Below, one piece after another: positions 16,718 to 27,200 of a stretch of DNA of 64,000 nt. Below the pieces are notes generated by a model. The model made no database searches, was not told the origin of the DNA, and saw nothing but the letters and a program-made list of their open reading frames with translations. This DNA is from an uncultured archaeon (GTDB lineage: Archaea; Thermoplasmatota; Penumbrarchaeia; JASLWR01). The stretch spans positions 64,001 to 128,000 of the forward strand of contig CAYFHS010000005.1 in the NCBI GenBank assembly GCA_964342815.1, given 5' to 3'. A program made the translations under genes and the position numbers. Every line of letters starts with the position of its first letter. Position 1 is the first letter of the stretch.

Positions 16718-18715
16718 ATGAGCGGAACAAATGGGGCATGTCCTATTGAAAGACTTGGCAGGAAGTTAGCAACGATTCTGGTGTTGGCGATCTTGCTTGG
16801 AGCCTATTTTTCGTACCGTTCTCCGCAAGAAAAGGAGAATAATTCGATCTTGCCCCCTTCATATTCTGTGAACCTCGATAAAGATACCTTGTTCCAATGC
16901 CTTTATGTGAAAGAGATAATGGCAAATTTTGAAGAGGATAACATTACTTCCCTTGATGTGAAAATCGGGTTATTACCGGGTTCCCTTCCTTTAGATATAA
17001 ACGAATTATCTATAAAATTAACTTATACAGATAATGAAGGTGAAAAACACTGGGTTCACTATTTATTCGACCCACTCAAAACAGATTTTAAAACCGAAGA
17101 AATGAAAGTGATCGAGTTTCACGATCCTGACAATAGATGGGATTCAAACATTATCACACAAAATTCAACAGTCAAGATGAGGTTTGAGGGAAATTTTAAC
17201 CGTTCCACACGAGGAACCTTGAATTTTATTGGATATTTAATATATCTCAATATTGACATTATAATGCCTCCCTTTATCACATCCCCTCCGCTATACACAA
17301 AATATAATGGAATGATCCTTTTAAATAACACAGGTGAGATAAATTATTCGAGGCCAGGAAATGATGACTGGCTCATTGAGGAATCGATCAATATGAAAGA
17401 CCGTGAGATATTATTGGATAATAATATAATTGTTTTAAAGGATAGTAAATTATCCTTTGAAAACGTTACACTGAGGATTGAAGCCACGAATAAGACGAAA
17501 TATGGAATCTATATTGGAGAAAACGCTGAATTCATCGTTACTAATTCCACCATCACTTCCACCAACGTTTCAGGTTTAGAAAATTTGCAGTATGACATCA
17601 ATGTATTCGGAAATATTTCTCTTGAAAATAGTTATCTCAGTCATTCTCAAGGATTGAATATATATGGCAGTAGTGCTACAATAAAAAATTGCAGTTTCTA
17701 TCAAAATAAATTAAACTTTTCCTACACTTGTGCGAACATTACATCCAATAAATTCACATCATGCAATGGAATCAATTTTATGTATGGCTCATGCATGATA
17801 AGAGACAATGCATTTGTAAATCTGCCTCGTGCCATATTTGGTCATGGAGATATTTTTTATTTTCAAGACAATCTAATGGATTACTGCAGAACTACAATCT
17901 TTATTGCATACAGGGAATCAACAATAATTGGGAATAGATTTTCAAACTGTGAAAACGGAATCTCTTTGGATTCGGGTTTAATTCAAGTCAGGGATAATGA
18001 AATGATACGAGTCGATGGTGTGGGAATATCTCTTGATAACGGCGTAAGTGTTGTGAAAAACAATACTCTGACCGATTCAGGAGGTATTACTATAACTGGT
18101 TCTAACAAACAAAGGGATAATAACTCTTACCAGGCAATAATTGAAGATAATCTGATACAAGATAGCAGTGAATGGGGTTTTTTGTTGGCGTTAATTGATG
18201 CATATAGCGGGAACAATACAATAATCAATAGCTCCCGAGCGGATATTTGTTCACAGAGCGCTACGCTGGTGGTTTTCAACAACACTTTAAGGTCCGAGGT
18301 TCCATTGAGTATAGTATCCCGCAACTGCACCGTATCAATTATTAATACGAGCATCGACAAATGCCATGTCGCGGTATGCATGATCGAATCTACAGCGGTG
18401 ATCATCAACAGTATCATTTTAAACGACGCCTCAGGGAAATTTAAAGTAATGGGAGAGATGCAAGAGAAATGTCACCTTCAAATTCAAGATGGTTCCACAG
18501 TGCAAATGAAAGATACTGTTTTCGACGAGGACGAAGTGATCTTCACCGATTACAAATCCAGACTTATATTACCTGACAAGACGATTAAAAAAGAAAAACC
18601 GCCACTCGGTTGGAGATTCTATGCAAATATCGCTTTGCTCGTCACCACAATAACATTAATCGGGATTTTGATTTGGATATACAAACGTGGAAAGAGGAAA
18701 AAACAATCGCTATAA
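16718..18715 (+). CDS. Membrane-anchored surface protein with an archaellin-like domain and a right-handed parallel beta-helix (NosD/CASH-like)
   Basis: N-terminal TM; PbH1-like Asn/Gly/Ile repeats (e.g. IIGNRFSNCENGISL); C-terminal TM followed by KRGKRKK. Confidence 0.85.
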   Translation: MSGTNGACPIERLGRKLATILVLAILLGAYFSYRSPQEKENNSILPPSYSVNLDKDTLFQCLYVKEIMANFEEDNITSLDVKIGLLPGSLPLDINELSIKLTYTDNEGEKHWVHYLFDPLKTDFKTEEMKVIEFHDPDNRWDSNIITQNSTVKMRFEGNFNRSTRGTLNFIGYLIYLNIDIIMPPFITSPPLYTKYNGMILLNNTGEINYSRPGNDDWLIEESINMKDREILLDNNIIVLKDSKLSFENVTLRIEATNKTKYGIYIGENAEFIVTNSTITSTNVSGLENLQYDINVFGNISLENSYLSHSQGLNIYGSSATIKNCSFYQNKLNFSYTCANITSNKFTSCNGINFMYGSCMIRDNAFVNLPRAIFGHGDIFYFQDNLMDYCRTTIFIAYRESTIIGNRFSNCENGISLDSGLIQVRDNEMIRVDGVGISLDNGVSVVKNNTLTDSGGITITGSNKQRDNNSYQAIIEDNLIQDSSEWGFLLALIDAYSGNNTIINSSRADICSQSATLVVFNNTLRSEVPLSIVSRNCTVSIINTSIDKCHVAVCMIESTAVIINSIILNDASGKFKVMGEMQEKCHLQIQDGSTVQMKDTVFDEDEVIFTDYKSRLILPDKTIKKEKPPLGWRFYANIALLVTTITLIGILIWIYKRGKRKKQSL

Positions 18716-20080
18716 ATTAACATTATCGATCTCAACAACCTCCTCGTTCCCCTTCCTGAACTTATCCATCTCTTTCTTGCTCCCCAGCACCCGAAATTTT
18801 TTCCCTTCAACATCCTCCACTTTGGTCTCTTCGACCAATAAAACCTCGAAGTTAGAATAAAAAAAACTCTCAAGGGACTTATTGAATGCGATATTTTTTA
18901 TCAATATCTCGAATTCATGGTAGTCAGGGAGATTATTCCTTATCATTTCTATCAAATGATCCAGGTTCTCCCTGGTACGCGCGGAAACACATACCAGATC
19001 ATTAGCAAGTACACCCGCCTCTCCCAGACCTTCTATTATACTCTCCGCCTTCGCTTCGTATTCATCATCAGGGAGAATATCTATCTTGTTGAAGACCGTA
19101 AGTATCCTGACGTTCATCCCCTCGTGGTTCATTATCCTGTAAGCCGTGGCCATCTTCCGTATGATCTCGTGCACCTCATCCGAGATGTCAACGACAAGGA
19201 CGATGAGGTCCGCATCGAAGATCTCTTCCAGAGTTGAGCGGAAGGCCTTGACGAGATATGGTGGAAGGAACTGTATGAAACCTATGGTATCCGTCATCAG
19301 AACCGGTAGGTTCTTTGCGTCTATTCTCCGGGTCCGGGTGGAAAGGGTCGTGAAAAATTTATTTTCGACAACACAGTTTTCACCGGCAAGGGCGTTCAGA
19401 AGCGAGGTCTTTCCGGCGTTGGTGTAACCTGCAAGGCTGGCAAAGAAACGGCCGTCGCTTCTCTTGTTCTTCCTCCGATTTCGTCGGGTTTTCTTTATCT
19501 TATCGAGAATTCTCTCTATCTTCACACAGCGGTTATTGATACTGTCCAGGTACTGCGATACCTGGTACTCTCCTCCCGCTAATAATCCCGCATGCTCGCC
19601 GGTCTTCGATTGATGTATCCATTCGCGTACCAGCGGAATTTCATACTTCAGGGTGGCAAGCTCCACCTGCAGCTTAGCTTCCTGTGAACGGGCGTTTCTG
19701 ACGAATATCTCCAGGATCACCCTGACGCGATCGAAGACGTCCATCTCGAGCATGTCCTGTATCTTGAAAATTTGGATGGGATCTAGGTTATGATCCACCA
19801 CTACTAAGTTCACAGGATTCTTATGAATGAATTCCTTTATTTCGAGAATCTTGCCCTTGCCCATGAAAAGCTGCGGATTCCGCTTGGATGAATTCTGGTA
19901 AAAGGTATTGACAATAGTGTAGCCGAGAGTGTCCAGAAGATCCATGAGCTCGCGGTATAGCACCGATCCCGCGCGGTTCTGTGTGGCAACCACAACACTC
20001 AGTTTTTCCTGTACCTCGAACGGTTTTACCGGTGTGTATAACCTGATACAAATCCCCGCCGGTTCATTTTTTCCTGGCAC
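18710..20080 (-). CDS. hflX: GTPase HflX
   Basis: N-terminal HflX domain (DRVRVILEIF, EAKLQVELA), G1 GYTNAGKTS, FTTL, DTIGFI, NKID. Confidence 0.97.
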   Translation of the reverse strand: MPGKNEPAGICIRLYTPVKPFEVQEKLSVVVATQNRAGSVLYRELMDLLDTLGYTIVNTFYQNSSKRNPQLFMGKGKILEIKEFIHKNPVNLVVVDHNLDPIQIFKIQDMLEMDVFDRVRVILEIFVRNARSQEAKLQVELATLKYEIPLVREWIHQSKTGEHAGLLAGGEYQVSQYLDSINNRCVKIERILDKIKKTRRNRRKNKRSDGRFFASLAGYTNAGKTSLLNALAGENCVVENKFFTTLSTRTRRIDAKNLPVLMTDTIGFIQFLPPYLVKAFRSTLEEIFDADLIVLVVDISDEVHEIIRKMATAYRIMNHEGMNVRILTVFNKIDILPDDEYEAKAESIIEGLGEAGVLANDLVCVSARTRENLDHLIEMIRNNLPDYHEFEILIKNIAFNKSLESFFYSNFEVLLVEETKVEDVEGKKFRVLGSKKEMDKFRKGNEEVVEIDNVNL

Positions 20081-20783
20081 GTTTCTCTTCTTCGCGCTGG
20101 TATTTCGGTTTTCTCGCTAAACCCAGTCTCTTTTTAAATAGAAAAATCTCATTTTTTACCCCGTCGCCCCAGGTGTTCAGTTTGATGTCCCCGATCCGAA
20201 TTCTGTATTCAACCGGGATCTCTTTGCTTTTTATCTTCTTGTTCCTGAAAGCCTCTATCTTTATCTCTTCCGAAAGAGGCATTCCGTCAGAGGTCAGATT
20301 TAGTTTTTTGAGAATTTCCTTACGGAAACACCACATGCCGGATTGTGAATCCTTCAAACGCTTCAGAAAGAGGACGTTGGTGGTAAATTTCAGCATCCAA
20401 TTGCCCATGCGGTGGGTGAAGTTCATTGCCTTCTTGTCCAGCTTGGACAATCGGTCGCAGGTGATGAAATCAAGTTTTTCCTCTTCAAGCATCTTGACGA
20501 GGTCCGGGATGATCTCAGCCGGATAGGTTGTATCCCCGTCGAGAGTTACGATGATATCCCCCTTGGCTTTCGCAAAACCCGTTTTGTAGGCCCGCCCGTA
20601 TCCCCTCCTTTTTTCCATAATCACCCGCGCCCCTTTGTTCTTTGCGATCTCCACCGTTTTATCCTTTGATAATCCGTCAATGATTACTATCTCCAGGTCC
20701 GCAAAGTCCTTTGGGATCTGGTCCATCGTCTCCCCAATTGATTTTTCCTCATTGAGAGTCGGAATTAATACTGAAACCTTCAT
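20064..20783 (-). CDS. Glycosyltransferase family 2 (polyprenol-phosphate glycosyltransferase-like)
   Basis: VLIPTLNEE, IDGLSKD, GYGRA, DxD motif LDGD, DSQSG. Confidence 0.93.
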   Translation of the reverse strand: MKVSVLIPTLNEEKSIGETMDQIPKDFADLEIVIIDGLSKDKTVEIAKNKGARVIMEKRRGYGRAYKTGFAKAKGDIIVTLDGDTTYPAEIIPDLVKMLEEEKLDFITCDRLSKLDKKAMNFTHRMGNWMLKFTTNVLFLKRLKDSQSGMWCFRKEILKKLNLTSDGMPLSEEIKIEAFRNKKIKSKEIPVEYRIRIGDIKLNTWGDGVKNEIFLFKKRLGLARKPKYQREEEKRARKK

Positions 20784-20891
20784 TCAAACACCCGTTTTAC
20801 AAGAATTGAGATTTTATATTTATAGCTGTCTGTTATTTATCCCCAGCCAACCGCAGATACCTTGCATTGGCTCGGGAAAATCCGTAAGATG

Positions 20892-21275
20892 TCACGATTG
20901 AACGAACTTGACATACTCCAGTTTATCGTCTCGTTGAAATCTGCTCAGAAGTTCTTTTACCTCTTCCCCTTTGCCCTGAACGATAAATACCTCGAGGCAT
21001 TTATTATTGCTGAGATGAGAGTGGATCTGGGTGGAGATGAGTTCTTGATATGAGTGTCTTGTATCATCAAGGCTGGGGGCATTGTGGGAATCGTGAACCA
21101 CAATGAGAACTCCTTCTACTTTTCCCGCAAGTGATTTACGGCCCCTGGCCTCCGTCTCTGCTGAACGCAGGCAGACACGGACTGCTTCACTTCGTCCGGC
21201 AAGCCCAAGAGAACTCTGAATGTTGTCCAGTACTTTTATGTTCTTATCAGTTAGGGAAATGCTGATGATAGGCAT
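20892..21275 (-). CDS. nikR: NikR-like CopG/ribbon-helix-helix metal-responsive regulator
   Basis: RHH N-terminus (ISISL...GRSEAVR); C-terminal ACT-like domain with H-x-H (QIHSHL) and CLEV nickel ligands. Confidence 0.88.
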   Translation of the reverse strand: MPIISISLTDKNIKVLDNIQSSLGLAGRSEAVRVCLRSAETEARGRKSLAGKVEGVLIVVHDSHNAPSLDDTRHSYQELISTQIHSHLSNNKCLEVFIVQGKGEEVKELLSRFQRDDKLEYVKFVQS

Positions 21276-21417
21276 GCCCGGGAGAACACTTCACATGATA
21301 TTTATTTTTATTTATTTTATGAATTTTCCTAGCTCAACCTATGGCGAACTTATTATAAAACTAACTCATAATTATGATATATTTATTAAGAAATCAATAA
21401 ATAGTTAATAAGCCATA

Positions 21418-22458
21418 ATGTTTTCCGGAGTTGATTTTATAGAGAACAGTGCTCGTCCGCCAGAGGGGGAAAAAATTGGGCGGTCCCGGCGCATCATGCA
21501 TGAGCTGAAACATCACATCCCATATACGGTTTTCAGTGTTGCATTGGGGATCATCATAGTTTCCCTAATCACGGTATTTCTCATGAATATCGTCACGGAT
21601 CTACCCTCTCATGACTACGATCTGGAAAATGATATTCACCGCGTTATAGAACGGATGGAAAATGGCGATATAAATTCCAGCAGAGCTCTCCGTGAGATCC
21701 GGATATTTGTCAATAACCGATTTACTGCTGATGAGCAGGAAGAAACTGATACGCTTGTTGAAAAGATCCAAAGTGTTTTAAAGCAATATGAGAACGGAAA
21801 TAAAAATAATACTGCTTCCACAAAAGCTGTGGATGAGATCGAGAAACTGCTTGCCCACCGTTCATCAGCTCTAAAGGAACATGACAATAATGATGATCAT
21901 GAAGGGATTCCAGGGGTCTTCAGTGACATCTTCCACGTTTTCCATCCAATCCACGTTCTTTTCTCGGCCACCGCCACCACGGCAATGTTCCGCCGATATG
22001 ACAAGAATATCTACAAAGCGGCCATAGTTGGTGCCGCGGGAGCACTTGGAGTATGTGCAATTAGTGATATATTTTTCCCCTATATTGGGGGTCTGGTCTC
22101 AGGTGTAGAAATGGAACTTCATGTTTGTCTCGTCGAAAACCCCATGTCAATAATTCCTTTCACCGTTTTTGGTATCATCGTCGGCCTCTTTGCAGCAGAT
22201 GTATTTTCGGAGAGAAAATCCACGATTTTCTCCCATTCCGGACATATTTTCATAAGCACAATGGCGTCCTTGTTGTACCTGACGGCGTATGGATTCAGTG
22301 ATTGGATGCAAAATATGTTTGCCGTCTTTCTCATCCTGATCCTGGCGGTATTCATCCCCTGCTGCATATCCGATATCATTTTTCCGTTACTGTTTGTGAA
22401 CCCGGAAAACGCCCCCGGCTGCGCGTGTTCTCCGAAAAAAGTACATCCGCATAGATAA
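21418..22458 (+). CDS. His/Cys-rich multi-pass membrane protein, probable metal permease or exporter
   Basis: About 7 TM helices with HHIPYT, HVFHPIHVLFS, CAISD, ELHVC, HSGHIF and CCISD; divergent from nikR. Confidence 0.8.
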   Translation: MFSGVDFIENSARPPEGEKIGRSRRIMHELKHHIPYTVFSVALGIIIVSLITVFLMNIVTDLPSHDYDLENDIHRVIERMENGDINSSRALREIRIFVNNRFTADEQEETDTLVEKIQSVLKQYENGNKNNTASTKAVDEIEKLLAHRSSALKEHDNNDDHEGIPGVFSDIFHVFHPIHVLFSATATTAMFRRYDKNIYKAAIVGAAGALGVCAISDIFFPYIGGLVSGVEMELHVCLVENPMSIIPFTVFGIIVGLFAADVFSERKSTIFSHSGHIFISTMASLLYLTAYGFSDWMQNMFAVFLILILAVFIPCCISDIIFPLLFVNPENAPGCACSPKKVHPHR

Positions 22459-22635
22459 TAACGACACCTAATAGACCAAAGATACCCCGTGTATTCCGGG
22501 CCTTGTGACACTTGTTTCCAGGTACCAGTGACATGTATGATTATTGATCTGTACAGGCTGAACGATAGCAGAAATAATGAGAAATTCGGGTAAATCTATT
22601 AATATAGAAAAATAATACGCCATACTCCAATCGAT

Positions 22636-22708
22636 GCCGTTGTAGCTCAGTTGGGAGAGCGTCGGACTGAAGATCCGAAGGCCGCGTGTTCAAGTCACGC
22701 CAACGGCA
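22636..22708 (+). tRNA. tRNA-Phe(GAA)
   Basis: Acceptor GCCGTTG/CAACGGC; D arm GCTC/GAGC; anticodon arm TCGGA-CTGAAGA-TCCGA; T arm GCGTG-TTCAAGT-CACGC. Confidence 0.97.
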
Positions 22709-22822
22709 CTTTTCTTCTACTATTACACTGGGATTTTGGGAATCTTTATTTATAATTTGGCGATATTATCCGCTGAAAAGTAGTTTAATTATTTGTAAAA
22801 TAATTCTCGGACAGGTGATCAA

Positions 22823-24268
22823 ATGGATGATAAGGGGGATATTTCAGACAGAATGGAGATCGAATTAAATAAAGAAAATTTCAGCGAATGGTATAATGAC
22901 GTTATTAAATTTGCAGGACTTTGCGATAAAAGATATCCAATTAAAGGAATGAACGTGTGGACTCCCTACGGGTGGAAGATAATGCGCCTCATAGATTCTC
23001 ACATACGCGACGAGCTGGACGGCACCGGACACGGCGAAGTGAATTTCCCCCTTCTTATACCTAACAGCGAATTCCAGAAGGAAGCGGATCACATCAAGGG
23101 ATTCGATTCACAGGTTTATTGGGTTACCCGGGGCGGTCTAAATGAGCTGGACGTACCCATGGTCCTTCGTCCCACCTCCGAAACGGCTATGTATCCCATG
23201 TTCTCGCTCTGGGTCCGATCACATACCGACCTTCCCCTCAAGACATATCAGATAGTGAATACTTTCCGGTATGAAACAAAACAGACACGAGCCTTCATAA
23301 GAGTAAGAGAAATACATTTCTTCGAGGCACATACCTGCCACGCTGATTTCGAGGACGCCGAGCGCCAGATAAAGGAGGACCTGGAGATAATGGATCGCTT
23401 GGCTGAAAGGTTGTGTATACCGTACCTGAGGCGGAAACGGCCCGAGTGGGACAAGTTCGCAGGCGCGGATTACACCATCGGAATAGACTGTTTCATGCCG
23501 GAATCCAAAACACTCCAGCTGGGCTCCATTCACCAGTACCGTACGAATTTCTCCGTCCCGTATGATATCAAATATGAGACTCCGGAAGGCGACCACAAGA
23601 ACGTTTACCAGACAACGTATGGGATGAGCGAGAGATTGGTAGGGGCTATAGTAGGGATACACGGTGACAACAAGGGTCTCATTATCCCCCCCGATGTTGC
23701 ACCTTTCCAGGTGGTCATAGTACCGATCCTGATGAAGAAACGAAAGGATGACATTTTGGAAAAGGCGGAGTGGATACGGGACGTATTGATAAAGGCTGGC
23801 TTTAGGGTTCAAATGGACGACAGAGACATCCGACCCGGTAACAAATTTTATCACTGGGAACTGAAGGGCGTTCCGCTCCGTATAGAGGTGGGTCCCAGGG
23901 ATGTGGATTCAGGCCATGCGGTAGTGGTCAGGCGTACCGATCGTGCAAAACGAACGGTAAAATTCGAAGACCTTGTTAATGGCGTGGGGCAAGAACTCGA
24001 TGAAGTGAAAAAGCAGCTTTATTCAAGGGCAAAGGAACTTATGGATTCCAATACTCATAATGTTACCTTCGCAGACGAAGCATATAACGTTGGTCGGGGT
24101 CTCATAAACGTCGGTTGGTGCGGGAACGAAGACTGTTCAACGGAGATGGAGACCACTCTCGATATGAGTATGCTGGGGATCGATACAACTGCAGAAAACT
24201 ATGAGGGAAAATGCGGACAGTGCGGAGCGCCCACCAAAGTTCTTGTAACCTACGCAAAAACTTATTGA
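22823..24268 (+). CDS. proS: Proline--tRNA ligase, archaeal/eukaryotic type; start may be at 22853
   Basis: FSEWY, LRPTSET, FRYE, RVREIHFFEAH, QTTYGMSER, anticodon domain KGVPLRIEVGP, C-terminal zinc domain. Confidence 0.98.
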   Translation: MDDKGDISDRMEIELNKENFSEWYNDVIKFAGLCDKRYPIKGMNVWTPYGWKIMRLIDSHIRDELDGTGHGEVNFPLLIPNSEFQKEADHIKGFDSQVYWVTRGGLNELDVPMVLRPTSETAMYPMFSLWVRSHTDLPLKTYQIVNTFRYETKQTRAFIRVREIHFFEAHTCHADFEDAERQIKEDLEIMDRLAERLCIPYLRRKRPEWDKFAGADYTIGIDCFMPESKTLQLGSIHQYRTNFSVPYDIKYETPEGDHKNVYQTTYGMSERLVGAIVGIHGDNKGLIIPPDVAPFQVVIVPILMKKRKDDILEKAEWIRDVLIKAGFRVQMDDRDIRPGNKFYHWELKGVPLRIEVGPRDVDSGHAVVVRRTDRAKRTVKFEDLVNGVGQELDEVKKQLYSRAKELMDSNTHNVTFADEAYNVGRGLINVGWCGNEDCSTEMETTLDMSMLGIDTTAENYEGKCGQCGAPTKVLVTYAKTY

Positions 24269-24292
24269 TCCTATTCAGCGATAATTTAAAAG

Positions 24293-27200
24293 GTGTGGAA
24301 AATGCTTTTCCATGGAACGAATCGTTCAGGAATTTCATTGGTAGTTATACTTTTACTTTCTATTATTGTAGTATGTCTTCCGCTGACGAGCGGAGGGTAT
24401 GTGTGGGAAGAAGAGGAACTGGGCGCTCTCAAATACGATCACAAATATCCCTTTGTGGTGTTGAGGGAAAATGCGATTATCTATTCCTCCAAAGAGGACG
24501 GGGGAGATCATTTCGATATATGGAGAATGGCGCTGGACGGAAGCGATCACCGCCAGCTAACCGATAATGACATTGACGAGATAAAACCCACCTCCGATGA
24601 TGACGGACGAAAAATAGTTTTCACGGGGGAAAACAATATTTACATTATGGATTTCGACGGAAGCGATCAGGAGAATATTGTCGATGACGTGCCGGAGGAA
24701 TTCACCTTGACGGATGCCAGTATATCTGCAGATCGAACTTGGGTGATCTTTTCCTCCAATATGGACAACGATACTGACAAGAACTGGGGGGACTATGGTT
24801 ATTTCACCAGCATCTCAATGGATATCTGGAAGTGCGAGATCGACGGTGACAATGCGGAACAGCTGACGGATCATAACTGGGATGAATACTCGCCGTCACT
24901 CTCCCCAGACGGGGAAAAAATTGTATTCGTCGCCGAGGAAAGTGCCGGGGACGAGGATATTCATATTATGGATAGTGAAGGCGATAATTGGGAACGCCTG
25001 GTCACGTGGCAGAACAAGGACGATTCTTATCCGTCTTTTTCATCAAGCGGCCGTTTTATTATCTACGGCGACGGCAACAACGACGACAAAAAAGCAGTAA
25101 TGTATGATCTGGACACGGGGAAGTCGAATTATATAAGTGCCGAGACCGTTGACGAGAGAGGCGAATATGTAGAGGAGAATGTCAAAGGAAGGTATATGCG
25201 TTTCTACCCTCCCACAGATAATATCAATGAAATGAAGGTAATTTATTCTGCCACTTCGGGTGCATTTTATCCGAAACTTAGCATATGGATATCGGAAAAG
25301 GTAAGGTTCTCCTATAACGTCAATATCGGGCCCATCGAGAGGGAATCGGGTAGCTACGATCACGATCCCATGGAAGGAGCCTCTGTGGCTTTTACTTTTG
25401 AACAGGTTTATTACGAGAACCTTACGGACGAAAACGGCTGGGCAAGTTTTACACTCCCCGTTGGAAAACTTCCCGGTGTCGAAATAAACGCCTCTGTGGG
25501 TGATGAGTGGATAACCTGGAATTCCAACTATAATCCCCCCGAATTTTCAAATGATCTCGTGGAAATCGGACCCGTAAAGCTCCATACCGAGGAGACGGAA
25601 TACTGGGGCCTTCCGCTTCAAGGAGTATTAGTGAGTTTCGCGTACAAGGAGATTACATACGAGGACACAACCGATGAAGAGGGTAAGGCACATTTCAGAC
25701 TCGTAATAAATGGGAAACGTGTGGATTGGCTTCCCTCCGGTACCATAATAAGTGCAACGTGGGATGGTGAAACACAGACGTGGGAGGACGGGGATGATGA
25801 AGCCGAATTTCATCGGTATATGATCGAGCTGGGCCCCATAGTGTTGAAAACGGATTCGTCCAGTTATTATGGTGACCGGGTACAGGGAGCTGCGATAAGT
25901 TTTTCGTTTGAAGGGGATGATTACGAAAATATCACCGATGAAGACGGATATGCCCATTTTGGGCCGTTTGGGATCGAAGAACTTCCGGCCGGAACCCTTA
26001 TTAACGTAAGCTACAAGGAGGAATGGATCAGCTGGGAGCAGGGCGATTATTCTATCCCGAATTTCGCGAGCTACACTGTAAGTATAGGGCCAATAAATCG
26101 CCTTACAGATGAATGGGACTACTCCGGTACCGCTGTGAAGGGTGCTGTTGTAAGTTTCGAATACAAAGGAAAGCGTTACAAGAACATCACAGATGACGAA
26201 GGTAAGGCTCATTTTACTCTGGATGTGAAAAAGCTTCCTGCAGGGATCGAAATAAAGGCCGAGAAAGGTGGAGATGAAATATCCTGGGAGCAGGATCAAT
26301 CGATACCAAAATTCCAGTACGAGCCCACGGCATCGGATTGGATCATGGACTACCTTGGTCTTTTGATCGTTGGCGGATTTTTCCTTCTTATAGTAATTAT
26401 TAGTATCATCCAGAGGTTGGTGGTGAAAAAGACCAGGAATCGCGGGAAACAGCAGTTCGGTATGCAAAAACCGCAGCCAATGTCGGAAGGCGCATTTGAT
26501 ATTGGAAAGAGCTCGGCGGCCAAGGGAAATGACCTGTTCAACCGAAAGAAGTTTCCGGAAGCTCTTGGACAGTACCAGATGGCATTGAGCAAGCTCGATC
26601 TGGCGCAGACCTGGGCGAAAAAGGAGAAGGATCAGGTATTGATCGGCACCATCGAAGATATGCTTTCCAGCGTGCGTAATAATATTGTTTCCTGTGAACT
26701 GGCCGTGGATAAGAGAACAGTGGAAGAGGGTTACCGGGATGCCGAAAGGAGATTCGACTCAGCATTGAAATCCATCAGGGACGATAAACTCTTCGAGGGA
26801 CGGAGGACCCTGATGGAATTATCCCGTAAACTGGAACACCTCATAACAATAGCAAAGAGCAGGAATTTCGTCCAGGCCATCAAGAACATCACAACCTTTC
26901 TGGTTAAGGTGCGGGAAAACATAAACATCGCAGATATGAAGATGAGCCAGGGGGTGGATGCAGTCAGTTTCGGCGGTGTCCCTGAAATCGGATCTGCAGG
27001 GGTCATGGCACTGGACGTTGCGATATCTGGAACAACCAAGCACCAGGGAGGTTACGTTGTTGAATCGCTCACCATGAAGAACAACACCATGTTCGACGTA
27101 AGCTCGGCAGAGCTTAAGATATCCTTCGATTCCAATATTCTGCGCCTGTCCCACACCTACCCGCCCCTGCCATTCTCGGAGAAGGAGGTATCCGTGGGCA

